Positions 20,781-31,887 are shown, numbered from the stretch's first letter. The stretch: DNA of 64,000 nucleotides from Patescibacteria group bacterium (GCA_040384805.1 JAZKIP010000008.1:100749-164748); one strand, 5' to 3'. Notes: generated from the sequence alone by a model not told the origin. Numbers and translations are program-made.

Positions 20781-21692
20781 CTAATTGTTATTTACATAAT
20801 CTCTTATCTCCTGAGGAACATCAACTCCCCCATCTATAGCTATTTGCAAATAGTCTTTTGCATTGACCCATTGTTCGTCCCCAATGTAAGAGAGACCGAG
20901 CCAAAAGGCAAGATATGGCTGCTTGGAAATGTCCGGAATCGATGACAACAGGGAAATCGATTGTGCGTAGTTTTCGTTCAGGTAATATGCAATTGCCAGA
21001 TTTTGCTTCGTGATGCCGGACGGCTGAGCTTCATGTGCTTTGATTGCATAAGGGAGCGCCTTTGAGACATCCGAATAGTGAGGCCATTCATCGCCAATAT
21101 CCAAGTAGAAGAGATTAAGGGCATTATTTATCTGAAAATCATTAGGATTTTTCGCGTATGCTTTATTGTATGCAATCAATGCGAGATCCGGTTTACCTTC
21201 AAGAAGGGCTATTTCTCCCGATATCAGATGATAATCCAGACTTCCTTCCGAAGCAAGAGGTAAGGCTTCCTTAAAAGCACTAAGAGCAAGATCGTTTTTC
21301 CCCTCTGAGGCATATACATAGGCGAGATTTACTGTCGTGGTCATCTTCGTACTATCAGTTACAGCTTCTTGTGACGCTTGCTGCAACTGAGAGATCGCCT
21401 GATCAGGATCGCCGCCTTCTTGGTAAGCTTCTTGAGCAGAATTATTCTTATCAACAGCCGGACTATCTACCGCATTTTGTATACGATAAAAAATCAATAC
21501 TCCCGCTATTATCACGCCGGCTGCAAATTTTAATATCTTCTTGGTCGTCCATGTATCTTTTACCACCGAAGAACCGTCTGCCGGCGAGACGGGTATTGAA
21601 TTTGCATTCTGAGTATTTGAAAAAGCGACCCCGCAATTTGTACAGAACTTATGAGTCCCCTCTGATTTTTTTCCGCAATTTTTACAAAACAT
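20781..21692 (-). CDS. Zinc-ribbon, TM and TPR protein
   Basis: MFCKNCG...FCTNCG; TM helix; TPR-like helices. Confidence 0.8.
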   Translation of the reverse strand: MFCKNCGKKSEGTHKFCTNCGVAFSNTQNANSIPVSPADGSSVVKDTWTTKKILKFAAGVIIAGVLIFYRIQNAVDSPAVDKNNSAQEAYQEGGDPDQAISQLQQASQEAVTDSTKMTTTVNLAYVYASEGKNDLALSAFKEALPLASEGSLDYHLISGEIALLEGKPDLALIAYNKAYAKNPNDFQINNALNLFYLDIGDEWPHYSDVSKALPYAIKAHEAQPSGITKQNLAIAYYLNENYAQSISLLSSIPDISKQPYLAFWLGLSYIGDEQWVNAKDYLQIAIDGGVDVPQEIRDYVNNN

Positions 21693-22257
21693 ATTGTTTT
21701 AATTTTTGACTAATAAGATTATACTCGGTTCGATCAGGAGTTTGAAAAGAGCGATACCTCCTTCCGAGCTTGATTTTCTTGCCATTGATCTTAAGCAGGA
21801 TGCTATTCTTACCAAGAGAGATATTATTCCTTAGGGTATAAAGGGGTATTTGCGAATAGATACTTCCTTGGTACTTCTGAGATATTAAATTATTATGCGA
21901 ATCTACCCAAGCCGACCTATATCTTTCCCGCTTCTTGCGATCATTCGACTCTCCAATCGAAGCACCAATTAACGCTCCAAGTATTGAAGCCAGCAAAAAT
22001 CCAATCACTCCTCCTGTTACATTGCCCCTATAATGAGGCAGTTTAATCAAGTATAACGTGTCTTTATTTATTAAAATATCCACTTTTGGCAATGATGAGA
22101 AGGCGAAAAAATTCTTTAAATACCATTCTTTGCTGTAGAGTATATTTTCTATCGGCTTGATTGGGACAATCGAAGGATCGGCATCTGCTTTCCCTCCGCA
22201 GTTGTGGCAGAATTTTGTATCTTTATCCAAACTAACCCCGCAGTTGTGACAATACAT
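21682..22257 (-). CDS. Zinc-ribbon membrane protein
   Basis: MYCHNCG...FCHNCG; glycine-zipper-like TM. Confidence 0.75.
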   Translation of the reverse strand: MYCHNCGVSLDKDTKFCHNCGGKADADPSIVPIKPIENILYSKEWYLKNFFAFSSLPKVDILINKDTLYLIKLPHYRGNVTGGVIGFLLASILGALIGASIGESNDRKKRERYRSAWVDSHNNLISQKYQGSIYSQIPLYTLRNNISLGKNSILLKINGKKIKLGRRYRSFQTPDRTEYNLISQKLKQYVL

Positions 22258-22461
22258 AAAATTATTTAATTGATAAAAATACGCATGTTATGAAACAATA
22301 TCAAAAATAAGTTAAATAAACCCTAAACTGCTAGTCGCTTCAAGCCAGAATCCAAGGCTCGTTTCGCTGGTTTCATTCTAGCATAACGGCGCATTTTAAG
22401 CCCATTACAATCCTTATAATGACGCGTCCCCTTCAAGTGTTTTAATTCTCCTTAGTAGAAA

Positions 22462-22914
22462 TCATGGTTTATAAACAGGGATCATGATTGCATCTTCCGG
22501 AATATGATATTGGCTGCTCATCATATTAATGAATTCTATTTCCCTCTCGACTCTTTCAACTCGATTCCGACGAAGAATATTATCTATGCATGCATAGGGA
22601 TCATTTTCAAAGTACCGATATTCAATATGCGCTTTAATTTCCAATTCAGCGATAAGATTCATTATATTTTCAGTAATTTTATTGAGACGATCTGATTTAC
22701 AAAAAGCAATATCTGAAATAACAATATTCTTGCCTCCCAGCAGCCCTTTTTTAAGATCTTCAAAATAGATACTGTCAATAAATTCTCGCGATTTTTTATA
22801 ACTTGATTTATGATAATCATCGCAAATCACCGAGTTTCTAAACTCTTCATTCGAAGAAATGTAAGTAGATTTTCCAGATCCGGGAAGACCGATTATGATC
22901 GTAATTTTCTGCAT
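22462..22914 (-). CDS. P-loop NTPase (AAA_33/kinase-like)
   Basis: Walker A GLPGSGKST. Confidence 0.75.
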   Translation of the reverse strand: MQKITIIIGLPGSGKSTYISSNEEFRNSVICDDYHKSSYKKSREFIDSIYFEDLKKGLLGGKNIVISDIAFCKSDRLNKITENIMNLIAELEIKAHIEYRYFENDPYACIDNILRRNRVERVEREIEFINMMSSQYHIPEDAIMIPVYKP

Positions 22915-23084
22915 GATAATGTAACAATCTTTAACTCCGAACTTATTCATTATACAAATTGATCAAAAACTTTCATGTCGTCTCAATGACGATAGATTAA
23001 ACATCATCGGCGGCACGTATAAAATCCTTGTTATTGTTTAGGATTTCAACTAAAACATCGTTCAGATATATTCAACTCCTTTCA

Positions 23085-24437
23085 TTAGTATGCTCGCTCT
23101 TCCATTCGAGCCACGAAATCCCTTAGTTTTAAGATCATCGTGTCCCTTGTATTATTACGATCAAATTTCTTAGATTCGCCAAATCCCGGCTGCTCTTGAA
23201 ATCCGTATTCCTCAATCGAATCTGTCGGACGTAGTTTCTTGAATCTGTCATTCAAAGAATCAAAAAGGGCCAGCCTTGTCGCTGTATACATATCCGTATG
23301 CAATTCTATCATTATTTTTCGTATCTGTTCCTCAGGCATAGAAATTCCAGGGAAATTACTCAGTAATGCCTTTGTTCTCTTTTCCTGCACCGTTCCCGCA
23401 TTTTCAGGCGTCATCATCTCGCCTTCTGATAGAATCTCGTTAGTAGCCAAGGGCTCTGTTTCAGTGCCTGAAACAGAGAGATTTTCACCATCCTTTACCG
23501 TAGATTCCATAGGCTCTTTTTTAATCTCAGGACTATCGTTTTTTAACACAGGGAAGGTTTCGCTTTCCGGAATCTTTTCGACTTGTTTTTCCTTAGAAAG
23601 CATGTCAGAAAGTGCAGCATATGTATCCTGTGTGGGCGACACGCCCTCGCCGACAAATGTCCTTGTTAAATAGCCCGTAACGACTCCGTCTGATTTCCTC
23701 TCGGTAGAGACAAGCTCAATAGCTCCCGCATTTCCCAAAGTAACATTATATTCCACTCCGTCGAGCATCACCCGTGAACCGTTATTTAAATTGAAACTTT
23801 CAATAACAGTGTCATAGCTTTCCTTGTTCTTTTTATCACGCTCTGCCTGTTGCAGGCCACGATACCAGCCCGGAGCAAGCTCAGCATTTTTATACGCACT
23901 ATCGCCGAAAGCCAGATATGCTTCCGCTTTGTCGGGATTTTCTCTTAAAAACGCATTCCATGCTTCTTTCGTTTTATGCACGCGCGCCGGATAAGCATCC
24001 TTATAGTCGGCATTTTCTCCCAAGTAATCCTTGACTCGTTGGTTTATCTCTTTGTCCATTCGGGCGATGTGCGGATCATCTTCGGGATTCTGGAAAATAT
24101 TTTTACCCTCTGTAATCTCCGTGTCGGATCCAGCAATGCCTACTTCTTTCTTTAAATCTTCGATTATTTTTTCCGCTTCCTCATCAAGGGCTGCTAATTC
24201 AGAATCAATGTTGCTTTCCTGTTTAATCTTATCAAATGTTTCCTGATCCAAATTTATGCTATTGTTTGCATTTTCCATCTTAACCACAGTCTCGTTTTTA
24301 AATGTCTTGTTTTCAGTATCCGCAAACCGAAAAAAATCCTCAATTGAAATATCCGACTGTTCAAAAGCTTTAAGGGTCGATGATGGTGTCTCGTTAATTT
24401 CGAGAGTATTAGCTGTAGTGATTTCTTGAGGATCCAT
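23085..24437 (-). CDS. Hypothetical acidic protein
   Basis: 450-aa Glu/Lys-rich ORF with no recognised motif. Confidence 0.65.
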   Translation of the reverse strand: MDPQEITTANTLEINETPSSTLKAFEQSDISIEDFFRFADTENKTFKNETVVKMENANNSINLDQETFDKIKQESNIDSELAALDEEAEKIIEDLKKEVGIAGSDTEITEGKNIFQNPEDDPHIARMDKEINQRVKDYLGENADYKDAYPARVHKTKEAWNAFLRENPDKAEAYLAFGDSAYKNAELAPGWYRGLQQAERDKKNKESYDTVIESFNLNNGSRVMLDGVEYNVTLGNAGAIELVSTERKSDGVVTGYLTRTFVGEGVSPTQDTYAALSDMLSKEKQVEKIPESETFPVLKNDSPEIKKEPMESTVKDGENLSVSGTETEPLATNEILSEGEMMTPENAGTVQEKRTKALLSNFPGISMPEEQIRKIMIELHTDMYTATRLALFDSLNDRFKKLRPTDSIEEYGFQEQPGFGESKKFDRNNTRDTMILKLRDFVARMEERAY

Positions 24438-24439
24438 GA

Positions 24440-24589
24440 TTAATTTTTAAGAATAGAATTTCTTATCTGTTGTATCTTTTCTTCTGTAACTTTCTTTTTG
24501 AATTGAGAAATAACCTGTTTACGCCTAGAGCGCAGATCGGCAAGCTTCATTTGGGTCGTTTTCTTTATATCTAAAATCCGATTTACCAT
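24440..24589 (-). CDS. Small basic hypothetical protein (49 aa)
   Basis: Manual translation MVNRILDIKK...IRNSILKN; TGgTATAAT upstream; abuts the next start. Confidence 0.55.
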   Translation of the reverse strand: MVNRILDIKKTTQMKLADLRSRRKQVISQFKKKVTEEKIQQIRNSILKN

Positions 24590-24805
24590 GTAACTGAATT
24601 ATACCATAAAATCTTAATTTTTATAGCCTCCTCTAGATTAGGCTTAAGATGAGTATTTCTAATCTACAAGGGCTTGCTCCCCTATTTTTCGAATTATGTA
24701 TTTCCCAACCGAGTCTTGAGCTACAACATCGGATTTGCGATCATAAAATAAGCGACTAATAATTTTGTAATCGGAAAAATTCATAATTTAATCAAATAAT
24801 TATCT

Positions 24806-26026
24806 TCATACAGATCGACGCTTTAAGAAAGCATATTTATTCAGAAAATTAAACATTATAGCAAGAATAAACAGCATCACCGCAAGCGCAATATATGAAC
24901 TTTCGATTCCAAAGCTGTCCATTGCGATACCGACCGCAAGCGGCCCGACCATCGAACCGATATTGCTGATACTGCGCATCACCCCGTCCACTTGCCCGAA
25001 ATGCTCGGGGTTCGCATGAACTGTTATGAGCTCATTATTCCCCACCGACAGAAATTCCACTATCAGGCCAACGAGAAATGCGACAACTAATTTCCATATA
25101 TACCCCCCGAAGAACGGGAGCGAGAAGAGGAGTACGGCAAAGAGCACAAGTCCGTACACGAACGACTTTGTCCCTTTAATGTCGAACCATTTTCCAAGCT
25201 GCCATCCGAAGAGAGCAGGCAGTGTCGCAACAACGCCGAAGATGACTACCATGTTCAGGCTTGCGCCTTCTGTATATACCTCAATGGGAAGAAAAAATGC
25301 AACGACCGTTGCGGCGCATGAAATAAAGAAATTGAGGACAACGAGACTTTTCAGCGCCCAGCTCCACCCGCTTATCTTGCGGGCAGCCGCGGCGGCGCCT
25401 ATTTTATTGTTCGTGATCGGACGAATCAATTCCGTCTCTTTTTTCCTGAATTTCCATACGATAAGAAACGCCACGATCGATGTCGGCGTGATCAAAAACA
25501 AGAGCGTCGCGATAGAGAAATATTTAATAAGCACAATGCCGATGAGTGCCGCGATTATCCACCAAAAATTAGCAATGGTATCGAAATAACCGAATACGGT
25601 GGCAACTTTTTCCGAAGGGGTATGCCGTCTAAAATAGGCTGACCGACCGACCGAATCGAATGCATACGCAATACCGTTGGTAAAGCGCGCGATAATGATG
25701 AACATAACCATGCCAGTAAGTCCCGCGAGCAAATAGCTCGCGCCGATGAAAAAGTACATGAACAATCCGATCAGTACCAAGGTTGAGGCACGAACGCGGT
25801 CTGCGGCAATGCCGATAAGCGGGAGCGCAAGGATGAGTCCTATGTCATAGGTTGAGCGAAGCAATCCTGCTTCCGCAAACGTACCGCTGAAAGAATAGAG
25901 GAAAATAGGGATCAGCGTTTCTGCGAATCCCCATCCGAACCATCGGATCGAAGTTGCAAGCGTAAAAACTTTCACTCCTTTTGGAATACCTTTGTTATTG
26001 AATAAATGCGATAAGTTTCTTTTCAT
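24806..26026 (-). CDS. MFS transporter
   Basis: About 12 TM helices; GIAADRV motif A-like; IGSMVGPLAVG. Confidence 0.88.
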   Translation of the reverse strand: MKRNLSHLFNNKGIPKGVKVFTLATSIRWFGWGFAETLIPIFLYSFSGTFAEAGLLRSTYDIGLILALPLIGIAADRVRASTLVLIGLFMYFFIGASYLLAGLTGMVMFIIIARFTNGIAYAFDSVGRSAYFRRHTPSEKVATVFGYFDTIANFWWIIAALIGIVLIKYFSIATLLFLITPTSIVAFLIVWKFRKKETELIRPITNNKIGAAAAARKISGWSWALKSLVVLNFFISCAATVVAFFLPIEVYTEGASLNMVVIFGVVATLPALFGWQLGKWFDIKGTKSFVYGLVLFAVLLFSLPFFGGYIWKLVVAFLVGLIVEFLSVGNNELITVHANPEHFGQVDGVMRSISNIGSMVGPLAVGIAMDSFGIESSYIALAVMLFILAIMFNFLNKYAFLKRRSV

Positions 26027-26237
26027 ATGATTAGTCCATTCTCTGACTCAGCCTTTTTCTAGTCTGTCTTGGCTTGTAAGAAGCGCATCTTGACCACAGT
26101 TATTTTGCATCGTATATCATAGCCTCTCCGAGCACAAAGATTCTTAGTTTTTTCATAAAGTTATTTTCTGGCATTATCCGTTCGGTTTTGTATACCTTAC
26201 CTCTTAAAGCTTTCCTGACGGTTTCCATTCTATCATT

Positions 26238-27281
26238 TTAGCGTAAGCTTACTGCCCCCCCTGCCCTCGTTTCCGAACTTGCTACAGTGCAGACCACAAC
26301 GGTATCTGCGGTAAAGCTGCCGTCCGGATTCGGTCCCCCGACAAGCGTTACCCTCTCTCCTATTTTCAAATCAGATGAAGATATAGGACCGGTTAAAGTT
26401 TTGATCACCGCTCGATCGGCAAGATTAACAATATGACTCTTGCCGTCATTTCGCTCAATCGTAAATGTGTTACTCCCCACACTTGTGATTTCTCCTGTAC
26501 CGCCAGTGCCTCCGCAGAGGTCGCCGCTTTGCGGCATTTCACCTTCCCTAGTATTAAAGCTATTAGATCGATCGTAAGGATTCACGGGCTGCCCTTTCGG
26601 ATAAACAGCATAAAGCGTAGCGAGAGTTGCAGCAACAACTATAATCACTGCAATAAGTATAATTACATACTTCCTTTCACGCACCCATTTTCCGAGGATT
26701 ACAAACACCCAGAAACCTATCATGACGCCAAGCGCATTCAGTATCACGTCATCGATATCAAATATACCGACATGCAAAACCGTTTGCATTATCTCGATGA
26801 CAAGACCGGCAGCAACCGCAAGAGCGAGAGATTTTTTCCTTGTCATGTTTCGATAAATAAAAGGAACAAGGAATCCGATCGGTACTAGCAAAGCAATGTT
26901 TCCAACGAGATTAATGCCTGCAATAATCCACCCTTTATAGCCAAGAAGATATGGCCCAATAGTCTTAAACGGCACAAAGTTTGCGTGACCTGTGGCTGTT
27001 CCTCCGAAATTAAGCATCAGCTGGTCCACCTTAATAAGCGGCATATCCTTAAACACCATTACTTTGATGAGGATCGCGCTATAAGCGATCAGAATAAGCG
27101 TTGCGATCAATCGTTTCTGCATAGCTTTTGGAGCTGATTTTTGAGCGCGAATAGCATCAAAAAGAGCGCCTATTACTATTCCGAGCGCAATACCTACTCC
27201 GATGTTATCTATTGATACGCCAAGAGCGGTTCCTATGGCTATGCCTAGAGCTATGCCTGATCCTGAGGAATTATCTTTCAT
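26238..27281 (-). CDS. VanZ family protein with N-terminal glycine zipper and C-terminal DUF5666-like domain
   Basis: NFVPFKTI, GNIALLVPIGF, DIDDVILNALG; SDLKIGERV...DGSFTA. Confidence 0.8.
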   Translation of the reverse strand: MKDNSSGSGIALGIAIGTALGVSIDNIGVGIALGIVIGALFDAIRAQKSAPKAMQKRLIATLILIAYSAILIKVMVFKDMPLIKVDQLMLNFGGTATGHANFVPFKTIGPYLLGYKGWIIAGINLVGNIALLVPIGFLVPFIYRNMTRKKSLALAVAAGLVIEIMQTVLHVGIFDIDDVILNALGVMIGFWVFVILGKWVRERKYVIILIAVIIVVAATLATLYAVYPKGQPVNPYDRSNSFNTREGEMPQSGDLCGGTGGTGEITSVGSNTFTIERNDGKSHIVNLADRAVIKTLTGPISSSDLKIGERVTLVGGPNPDGSFTADTVVVCTVASSETRAGGAVSLR

Positions 27282-27286
27282 ATCTA

Positions 27287-27469
27287 TTAAGAAACGTGCT
27301 TATCTTTGCTCTTCGTGCTGAAATTTGTCCATGAAGTTGAAATAGTAATGAGCATGAGCATTGCATAAAACCATGTATCCTCATATCCATTTACTGCCCA
27401 GATCACAACAAGTGCTATCTCAGCTAAGATTAAAAGTGCAATGCTAATTTTTCTAGTTTTTGATGCCAT
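27287..27469 (-). CDS. Small two-TM protein
   Basis: Hydrophobic ORF with TATAAT 6 nt before the ATG. Confidence 0.55.
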   Translation of the reverse strand: MASKTRKISIALLILAEIALVVIWAVNGYEDTWFYAMLMLITISTSWTNFSTKSKDKHVS

Positions 27470-27529
27470 AAGGGAATTATACTCTACATTATGCAACTCT
27501 ATAAGAATCTTCTCCTGTTTCGAACATAG

Positions 27530-27964
27530 TTATTTATTACGCTTTACCGCACGTTTAATAATTTTTTCAAGCTCTTTTGTATCAATATCGGAAAGTGTGT
27601 TGATATACAGACACCCTCCCCCTTCTTTATACTTGCCTAATTTTAAAAGGAAATCGTTTTCTCCTTTATTTTCTTTTAATCCGCCGACGGTCATTGTAAA
27701 AACTTTTAAGCCATAGAGCGCAATATTTTGCTTGCGTGGAGAAAAACCTATTATCATCCATTCAGCTTCTTTGCCATTTGCATATGCATACTTCTTGCGA
27801 CCGAAACCGATGATCGATGCGCCCCACATCTCGGGCTTTGCTTTCGTTACTTTCTCCATCATGAGAGCTATGACGGAACAATCTCTACGCTTCTCCGCAT
27901 CTTTGATTGTGTTCAAAAATTTCTTCACACTTGCTTTATTTACTTTTGTTTTTATTTCGGGCAT
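27530..27964 (-). CDS. DUF1801 (YdhG-like) protein
   Basis: MWGASIIGFG, GFSPRKQNIALY, LGKYK.G.GCLYI. Confidence 0.85.
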   Translation of the reverse strand: MPEIKTKVNKASVKKFLNTIKDAEKRRDCSVIALMMEKVTKAKPEMWGASIIGFGRKKYAYANGKEAEWMIIGFSPRKQNIALYGLKVFTMTVGGLKENKGENDFLLKLGKYKEGGGCLYINTLSDIDTKELEKIIKRAVKRNK

Positions 27965-28010
27965 GGATGATATTTTGCAGACCTGTTAGATGACTTGCCT
28001 CCGTTGGATC

Positions 28011-28487
28011 TTAGCCTTGCCGCGCTCTGTCGATGGCAGCAACATCTATTTTTTTCATTGTCATCATCGCTTTAAAAGCACGTTCTGCTTCTTCGCCGCC
28101 AACTGCCATTGCCTCAGTCAATGTACGCGGTGTGATCTGCCATGATACTCCGAAGCGGTCCTTGCACCACCCGCATGCACTCTCCTGACCGCCATTGCCT
28201 ACAATCGCGTTCCAATAACGATCTGTTTCTTCCTGATCGTCTGTGGCGATCTGAAAGGAAAATGCCTCGCTTTGCTTAAACGTAGGGCCGCCATTAAGAC
28301 CAATACAAGGAATTCCACAGACGGTGAACTCTACCGTTAGTACATCCCCTTTCTTGCCATCCGGAAAGTCACTCGGCGCATAAAAAACGTTATTTAGCTT
28401 GCTGTCCGGAAAAGTAGCAGCATAAAAAGTAGCAGCACTTTCGGCATCTTTATTAAACCAGAGACAAATTGTATTTTTTGGTATCAT
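28011..28487 (-). CDS. VOC family PhnB-like (3-dmu-9 3-methyltransferase domain) protein
   Basis: CLWFN, LNGGP.F..SEAFSF, CGWCKDRFGVSWQI, AMMTMKKIDVA. Confidence 0.9.
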   Translation of the reverse strand: MIPKNTICLWFNKDAESAATFYAATFPDSKLNNVFYAPSDFPDGKKGDVLTVEFTVCGIPCIGLNGGPTFKQSEAFSFQIATDDQEETDRYWNAIVGNGGQESACGWCKDRFGVSWQITPRTLTEAMAVGGEEAERAFKAMMTMKKIDVAAIDRARQG

Positions 28488-28515
28488 ATTTTTATAATAC
28501 CATAACACGTTCGAT

Positions 28516-29169
28516 TTATTGTATGTCTATTTTTTTACCAAGGAATTTAGGCTGTACGCCGAAAATAAAATCAAAAAATACTTTGTCTCGGGCGAGAAAT
28601 TCACGAAGTTTGGTTTTGAATCCTTGTATCGCATCCACATCTTCTGCATTATAACCATATGCTTCAATGCCGTATCTACGGGCGATAAAGACAGCTCGCT
28701 CCGTATGAAACTTCTGCGATATGACGACGATACGCTTCTGTCCGAAGACTTCTTTGGCACGAACCACTGAATCAAGCGTCCGGAATCCTGCATAATCGAG
28801 ATATATATCATCGCTTGGTATTCCACGATCAATAAGTGCATCCTGCATTTCTTCCGGTTCATTATATGAAGCTTTCGCATTGTCACCGCTTACGATGATG
28901 TTCTTGATCTGCCCATGTTCGTAAAGAGCAACAGCCGCATCTATACGATTAAAGAAAAAGGCATTCTTGCTCCCATCCGAGAGTTCCGGGCTCGTACCAA
29001 GCAAAAGCCCGGTCCCCACTTCCGGCAGTTCTGTCATATCGCCTGTTACATATGACGAGCTTGAACGAGTGATGATAAAGTTTGCTCCAAGTGTCCCTAT
29101 AATGAAAAGTACTATTATCCCAACGAGGAGTATGGTTGCCTTCTTGCTCAATTTCGTGACGCGCTTCAT
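28516..29169 (-). CDS. SanA/YdcF (DUF218) family protein
   Basis: LLGTS, VSGDN....YNEP, DYAGFRTLDSVVRAKEVFG, SQKFH..RA. Confidence 0.9.
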   Translation of the reverse strand: MKRVTKLSKKATILLVGIIVLFIIGTLGANFIITRSSSSYVTGDMTELPEVGTGLLLGTSPELSDGSKNAFFFNRIDAAVALYEHGQIKNIIVSGDNAKASYNEPEEMQDALIDRGIPSDDIYLDYAGFRTLDSVVRAKEVFGQKRIVVISQKFHTERAVFIARRYGIEAYGYNAEDVDAIQGFKTKLREFLARDKVFFDFIFGVQPKFLGKKIDIQ

Positions 29170-29268
29170 ATGGTGAAAGTATAGCATTCTCTTGTGCAGG
29201 TATAGAATCTTAAGTTTTCAATCAATTGAGAGAATCCCTATAAATTCGGTTCTCCTCGGAGTCTGAAC

Positions 29269-29529
29269 TTAGCGAAAGAAAAAATAGAAACCGATGACTA
29301 TTATTATCTGAATAGAAATCGCAACCAGAAGCCTTTTAAGACCGGTAGTTGAAGAGTGGAGTAAATATAGGATTATTAATGACAAAAAATATACTATCGC
29401 TGCCGCCCCTATGATTACCAAAAGATTTGGGCCTTCAGGATCGTTGAAAGAATGGAGCAGTATTCCAGAGAATACAATAGATGTTACGCCCAAGATCAGT
29501 AGCGACGTCTTTTTTGAATGTAAGTTCAT
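29269..29529 (-). CDS. Small three-TM protein
   Basis: DPEGPNLLV motif; hydrophobic. Confidence 0.65.
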   Translation of the reverse strand: MNLHSKKTSLLILGVTSIVFSGILLHSFNDPEGPNLLVIIGAAAIVYFLSLIILYLLHSSTTGLKRLLVAISIQIIIVIGFYFFFR

Positions 29530-29597
29530 AGTTTATATTATATCAAACTTAGGAGTCGGCCGTCTCGAGCCAGAATCATGCGTCGATCAAGCCCTGT

Positions 29598-30218
29598 CTA
29601 GTTTCTCTGACTTCCTTTTAATTTATCGAAGTGACGCTTTTCGTGCAGCTTAAAAAACGATAAGAATAAAATAAAGAAGCCAAGCCCATTCATTATTCCG
29701 TATGCTATCGGGAATATGACATTTGGCAACGTAATAGCAGTAACGGAAATGAGAGCAAATATATCAGCAACCACGAGTAGCCCCCAATAAATTGCTTGCT
29801 CTGTTGCCGGATATCGATACATCTTAGCTATAGTCGGCGCATATGCAATGCAATCCGCAGCCACCGCAAATATCATCGCTATAAGCGGATTGGAACTAAT
29901 CAGCCAGCCGATTATCGCAACCGCAGCAAGGATAAGCGTAACAATATCAATTTTTCCAAACTTTTTATACCCATAGCCTTTAATACATAGAAAAACTACT
30001 GCGAGATTACAGATTGTTGCCCCAATTAAAAGAAAGATAGACCACGAAGCTCCTGCACTAATTTGGGCAATCAGTGTAATTGAAACCGTCACAGCCCAAA
30101 GTATCCACGAGATTAGGTTGGGGCGAGTTGAACCTCGAATAATGGAGAACAGGTATGGGACAGTTGCAATAATCTGAACTACTCCTGCGAAAATTCCAAG
30201 TATTAGTTGCCATTTCAT
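29598..30218 (-). CDS. Multi-TM membrane protein (PQ-loop-like)
   Basis: PYL..I.RG.TRPN..SW..W and PTI.K.Y..P..E repeats. Confidence 0.7.
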   Translation of the reverse strand: MKWQLILGIFAGVVQIIATVPYLFSIIRGSTRPNLISWILWAVTVSITLIAQISAGASWSIFLLIGATICNLAVVFLCIKGYGYKKFGKIDIVTLILAAVAIIGWLISSNPLIAMIFAVAADCIAYAPTIAKMYRYPATEQAIYWGLLVVADIFALISVTAITLPNVIFPIAYGIMNGLGFFILFLSFFKLHEKRHFDKLKGSQRN

Positions 30219-30282
30219 TTTTAAATTATAACAAAAAAACCGCTTTCGCGGATATTGTTGACGCGTCTTGTGCACAGACGGA

Positions 30283-30579
30283 TTATTCTGCCTTGCGCAA
30301 GATCTTTTCTATCGGTCTTCCCTTAGCGAGCTCGTCTATGAGCTTATCGAGATAACGAACCTCCCGCATGATCGGATCTTCGATCTCTTCTAATCGCACT
30401 CCGCAGATTGTTCCGGTAATCAAAGACCGCGCGGGATTAATTTTAGGCGCTTTGAGAAAGAAGGTTTCAAAATCTGTTTGCTTCTCTATCTGCGTTTCTA
30501 AAGCTTTTGGGGTGTACCCGGTCAGCCAGCGAATTATCTGATCAACTTCCGATTTCGTGCGGCCTTTCCTCTCTGCTTG
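30283..30579 (-). pseudogene. 5'-truncated DUF2200 family gene
   Basis: Manual translation [21 protein letters not shown]...[35 protein letters not shown]; an in-frame TAA lies upstream and there is no ATG start. Confidence 0.8.
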
Positions 30580-30745
30580 GAGTTTTAAGTTTCGAACCGA
30601 TTTAAAAAACCGTTATAAATTCGATGCTCTTCGGACTCCGAACTCTGCTCACGTTTGCTGTTAATTAAGGACTGTCACGGTCTGGTACGAAAGCTTAATA
30701 ATTATATACTTTTTTCTTAAATTTGTTCTAAAACTAGTTCTAGTC

Positions 30746-31627
30746 TCAGGCGGCTTCTGCAGACCTTTCTAGTGTATCTTTCACCTTTCCTGCTGTATCA
30801 CTTAATAGCTGAGCCCTGTCTTTAATCTCTTTAAACATAAGCTCAGCTCTTTGTTGTTGATCACTAGGAGTTTGTTCAATAAAATTACCTTCGAAATACA
30901 CTTCAAATTCTTTCTTATTGAGATCTACTGCTCCTTTTTCTAAAATAGTCATAAAAGCACTCGAATCTTTGAGAGTTGTTTGGAGCAACTCATCGCTTTT
31001 ATTCTTAATTAACGAAAGAACCTCCGCAAGTCTTTTTGGATCATCGCTCCATGGGCTCATTTGGTATAAAGTTACAATATTTCTAATGAACATTTCTCGT
31101 CGTTTCGGAATGGAAATACTGTCATGGTCATTTTCCCACCGTACGGCATCATGCGGAATAAAGGACTTACCAAAATCAAAGAGTGTGTACTTATCAAAGC
31201 CTCTGATGAAATATTTATCTTTATCCTCTTCAAGAACATTTGTGATAACATTCATGTGCTCTCGTTGATTTTTCGGATCCTTCTGGCGCTTTTTCTCATC
31301 GAAAACATCATGATCACGGCTCTGAAAAACTTGATCTAAAACAAATTTATCAGCTTCAAACTCTAGCCAGGCATGATCAGGATCCACCCTCTTTTCAAGT
31401 GAATCTATCTTTTGATGATGTGAAAAATATTTCCTACTTATCACTTCACCTTTTTCGTCAACTTGATTCTCTACAATAATTTGCGCAGCTGGAATAATTC
31501 CACGTACGAGACTTGAGAGCAAAAACTGTCGCTGAGGAAATTCTTTTATCTCAGTAAAAGTTTCTCCTTCTACTCTTTCGAGAAAAGATGTTTTTGTTGG
31601 GTTTATATTTTTACCAAATGATTCCAT
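30746..31627 (-). CDS. Hypothetical protein, possibly kinase-like fold
   Basis: D.H...N....LFDFG pattern weakly resembles HipA/PI3K-like kinases. Confidence 0.6.
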   Translation of the reverse strand: MESFGKNINPTKTSFLERVEGETFTEIKEFPQRQFLLSSLVRGIIPAAQIIVENQVDEKGEVISRKYFSHHQKIDSLEKRVDPDHAWLEFEADKFVLDQVFQSRDHDVFDEKKRQKDPKNQREHMNVITNVLEEDKDKYFIRGFDKYTLFDFGKSFIPHDAVRWENDHDSISIPKRREMFIRNIVTLYQMSPWSDDPKRLAEVLSLIKNKSDELLQTTLKDSSAFMTILEKGAVDLNKKEFEVYFEGNFIEQTPSDQQQRAELMFKEIKDRAQLLSDTAGKVKDTLERSAEAA

Positions 31628-31887
31628 ATGTTTCTCACTATTTTTATATCTAGGACTCGAACTGAAAATATCTTGATACTCATAGATATTTCAATTTTAG
31701 CATTTTGACCCGTCTAGGTCACTTTTTATGATTTTCAAAATGAGCGTTATGACATATGACGTGTCGTGGTCGCAAGGTACCAAAAACTAGACTGCTGGCA
31801 ACCTCGGTCTCGGAAATTCTCATACCTTACCCCGTAGGCCTTTTTTAGCTAATTTTATTCTACCATTTTAATGCTCCTCGGATAGGG

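Noticed and set aside
9480-30650. Short CCGAA/TTCGG words in several intergenic gaps as a recombination motif
   Set aside because: Too short and variable in position to separate from chance by eye.
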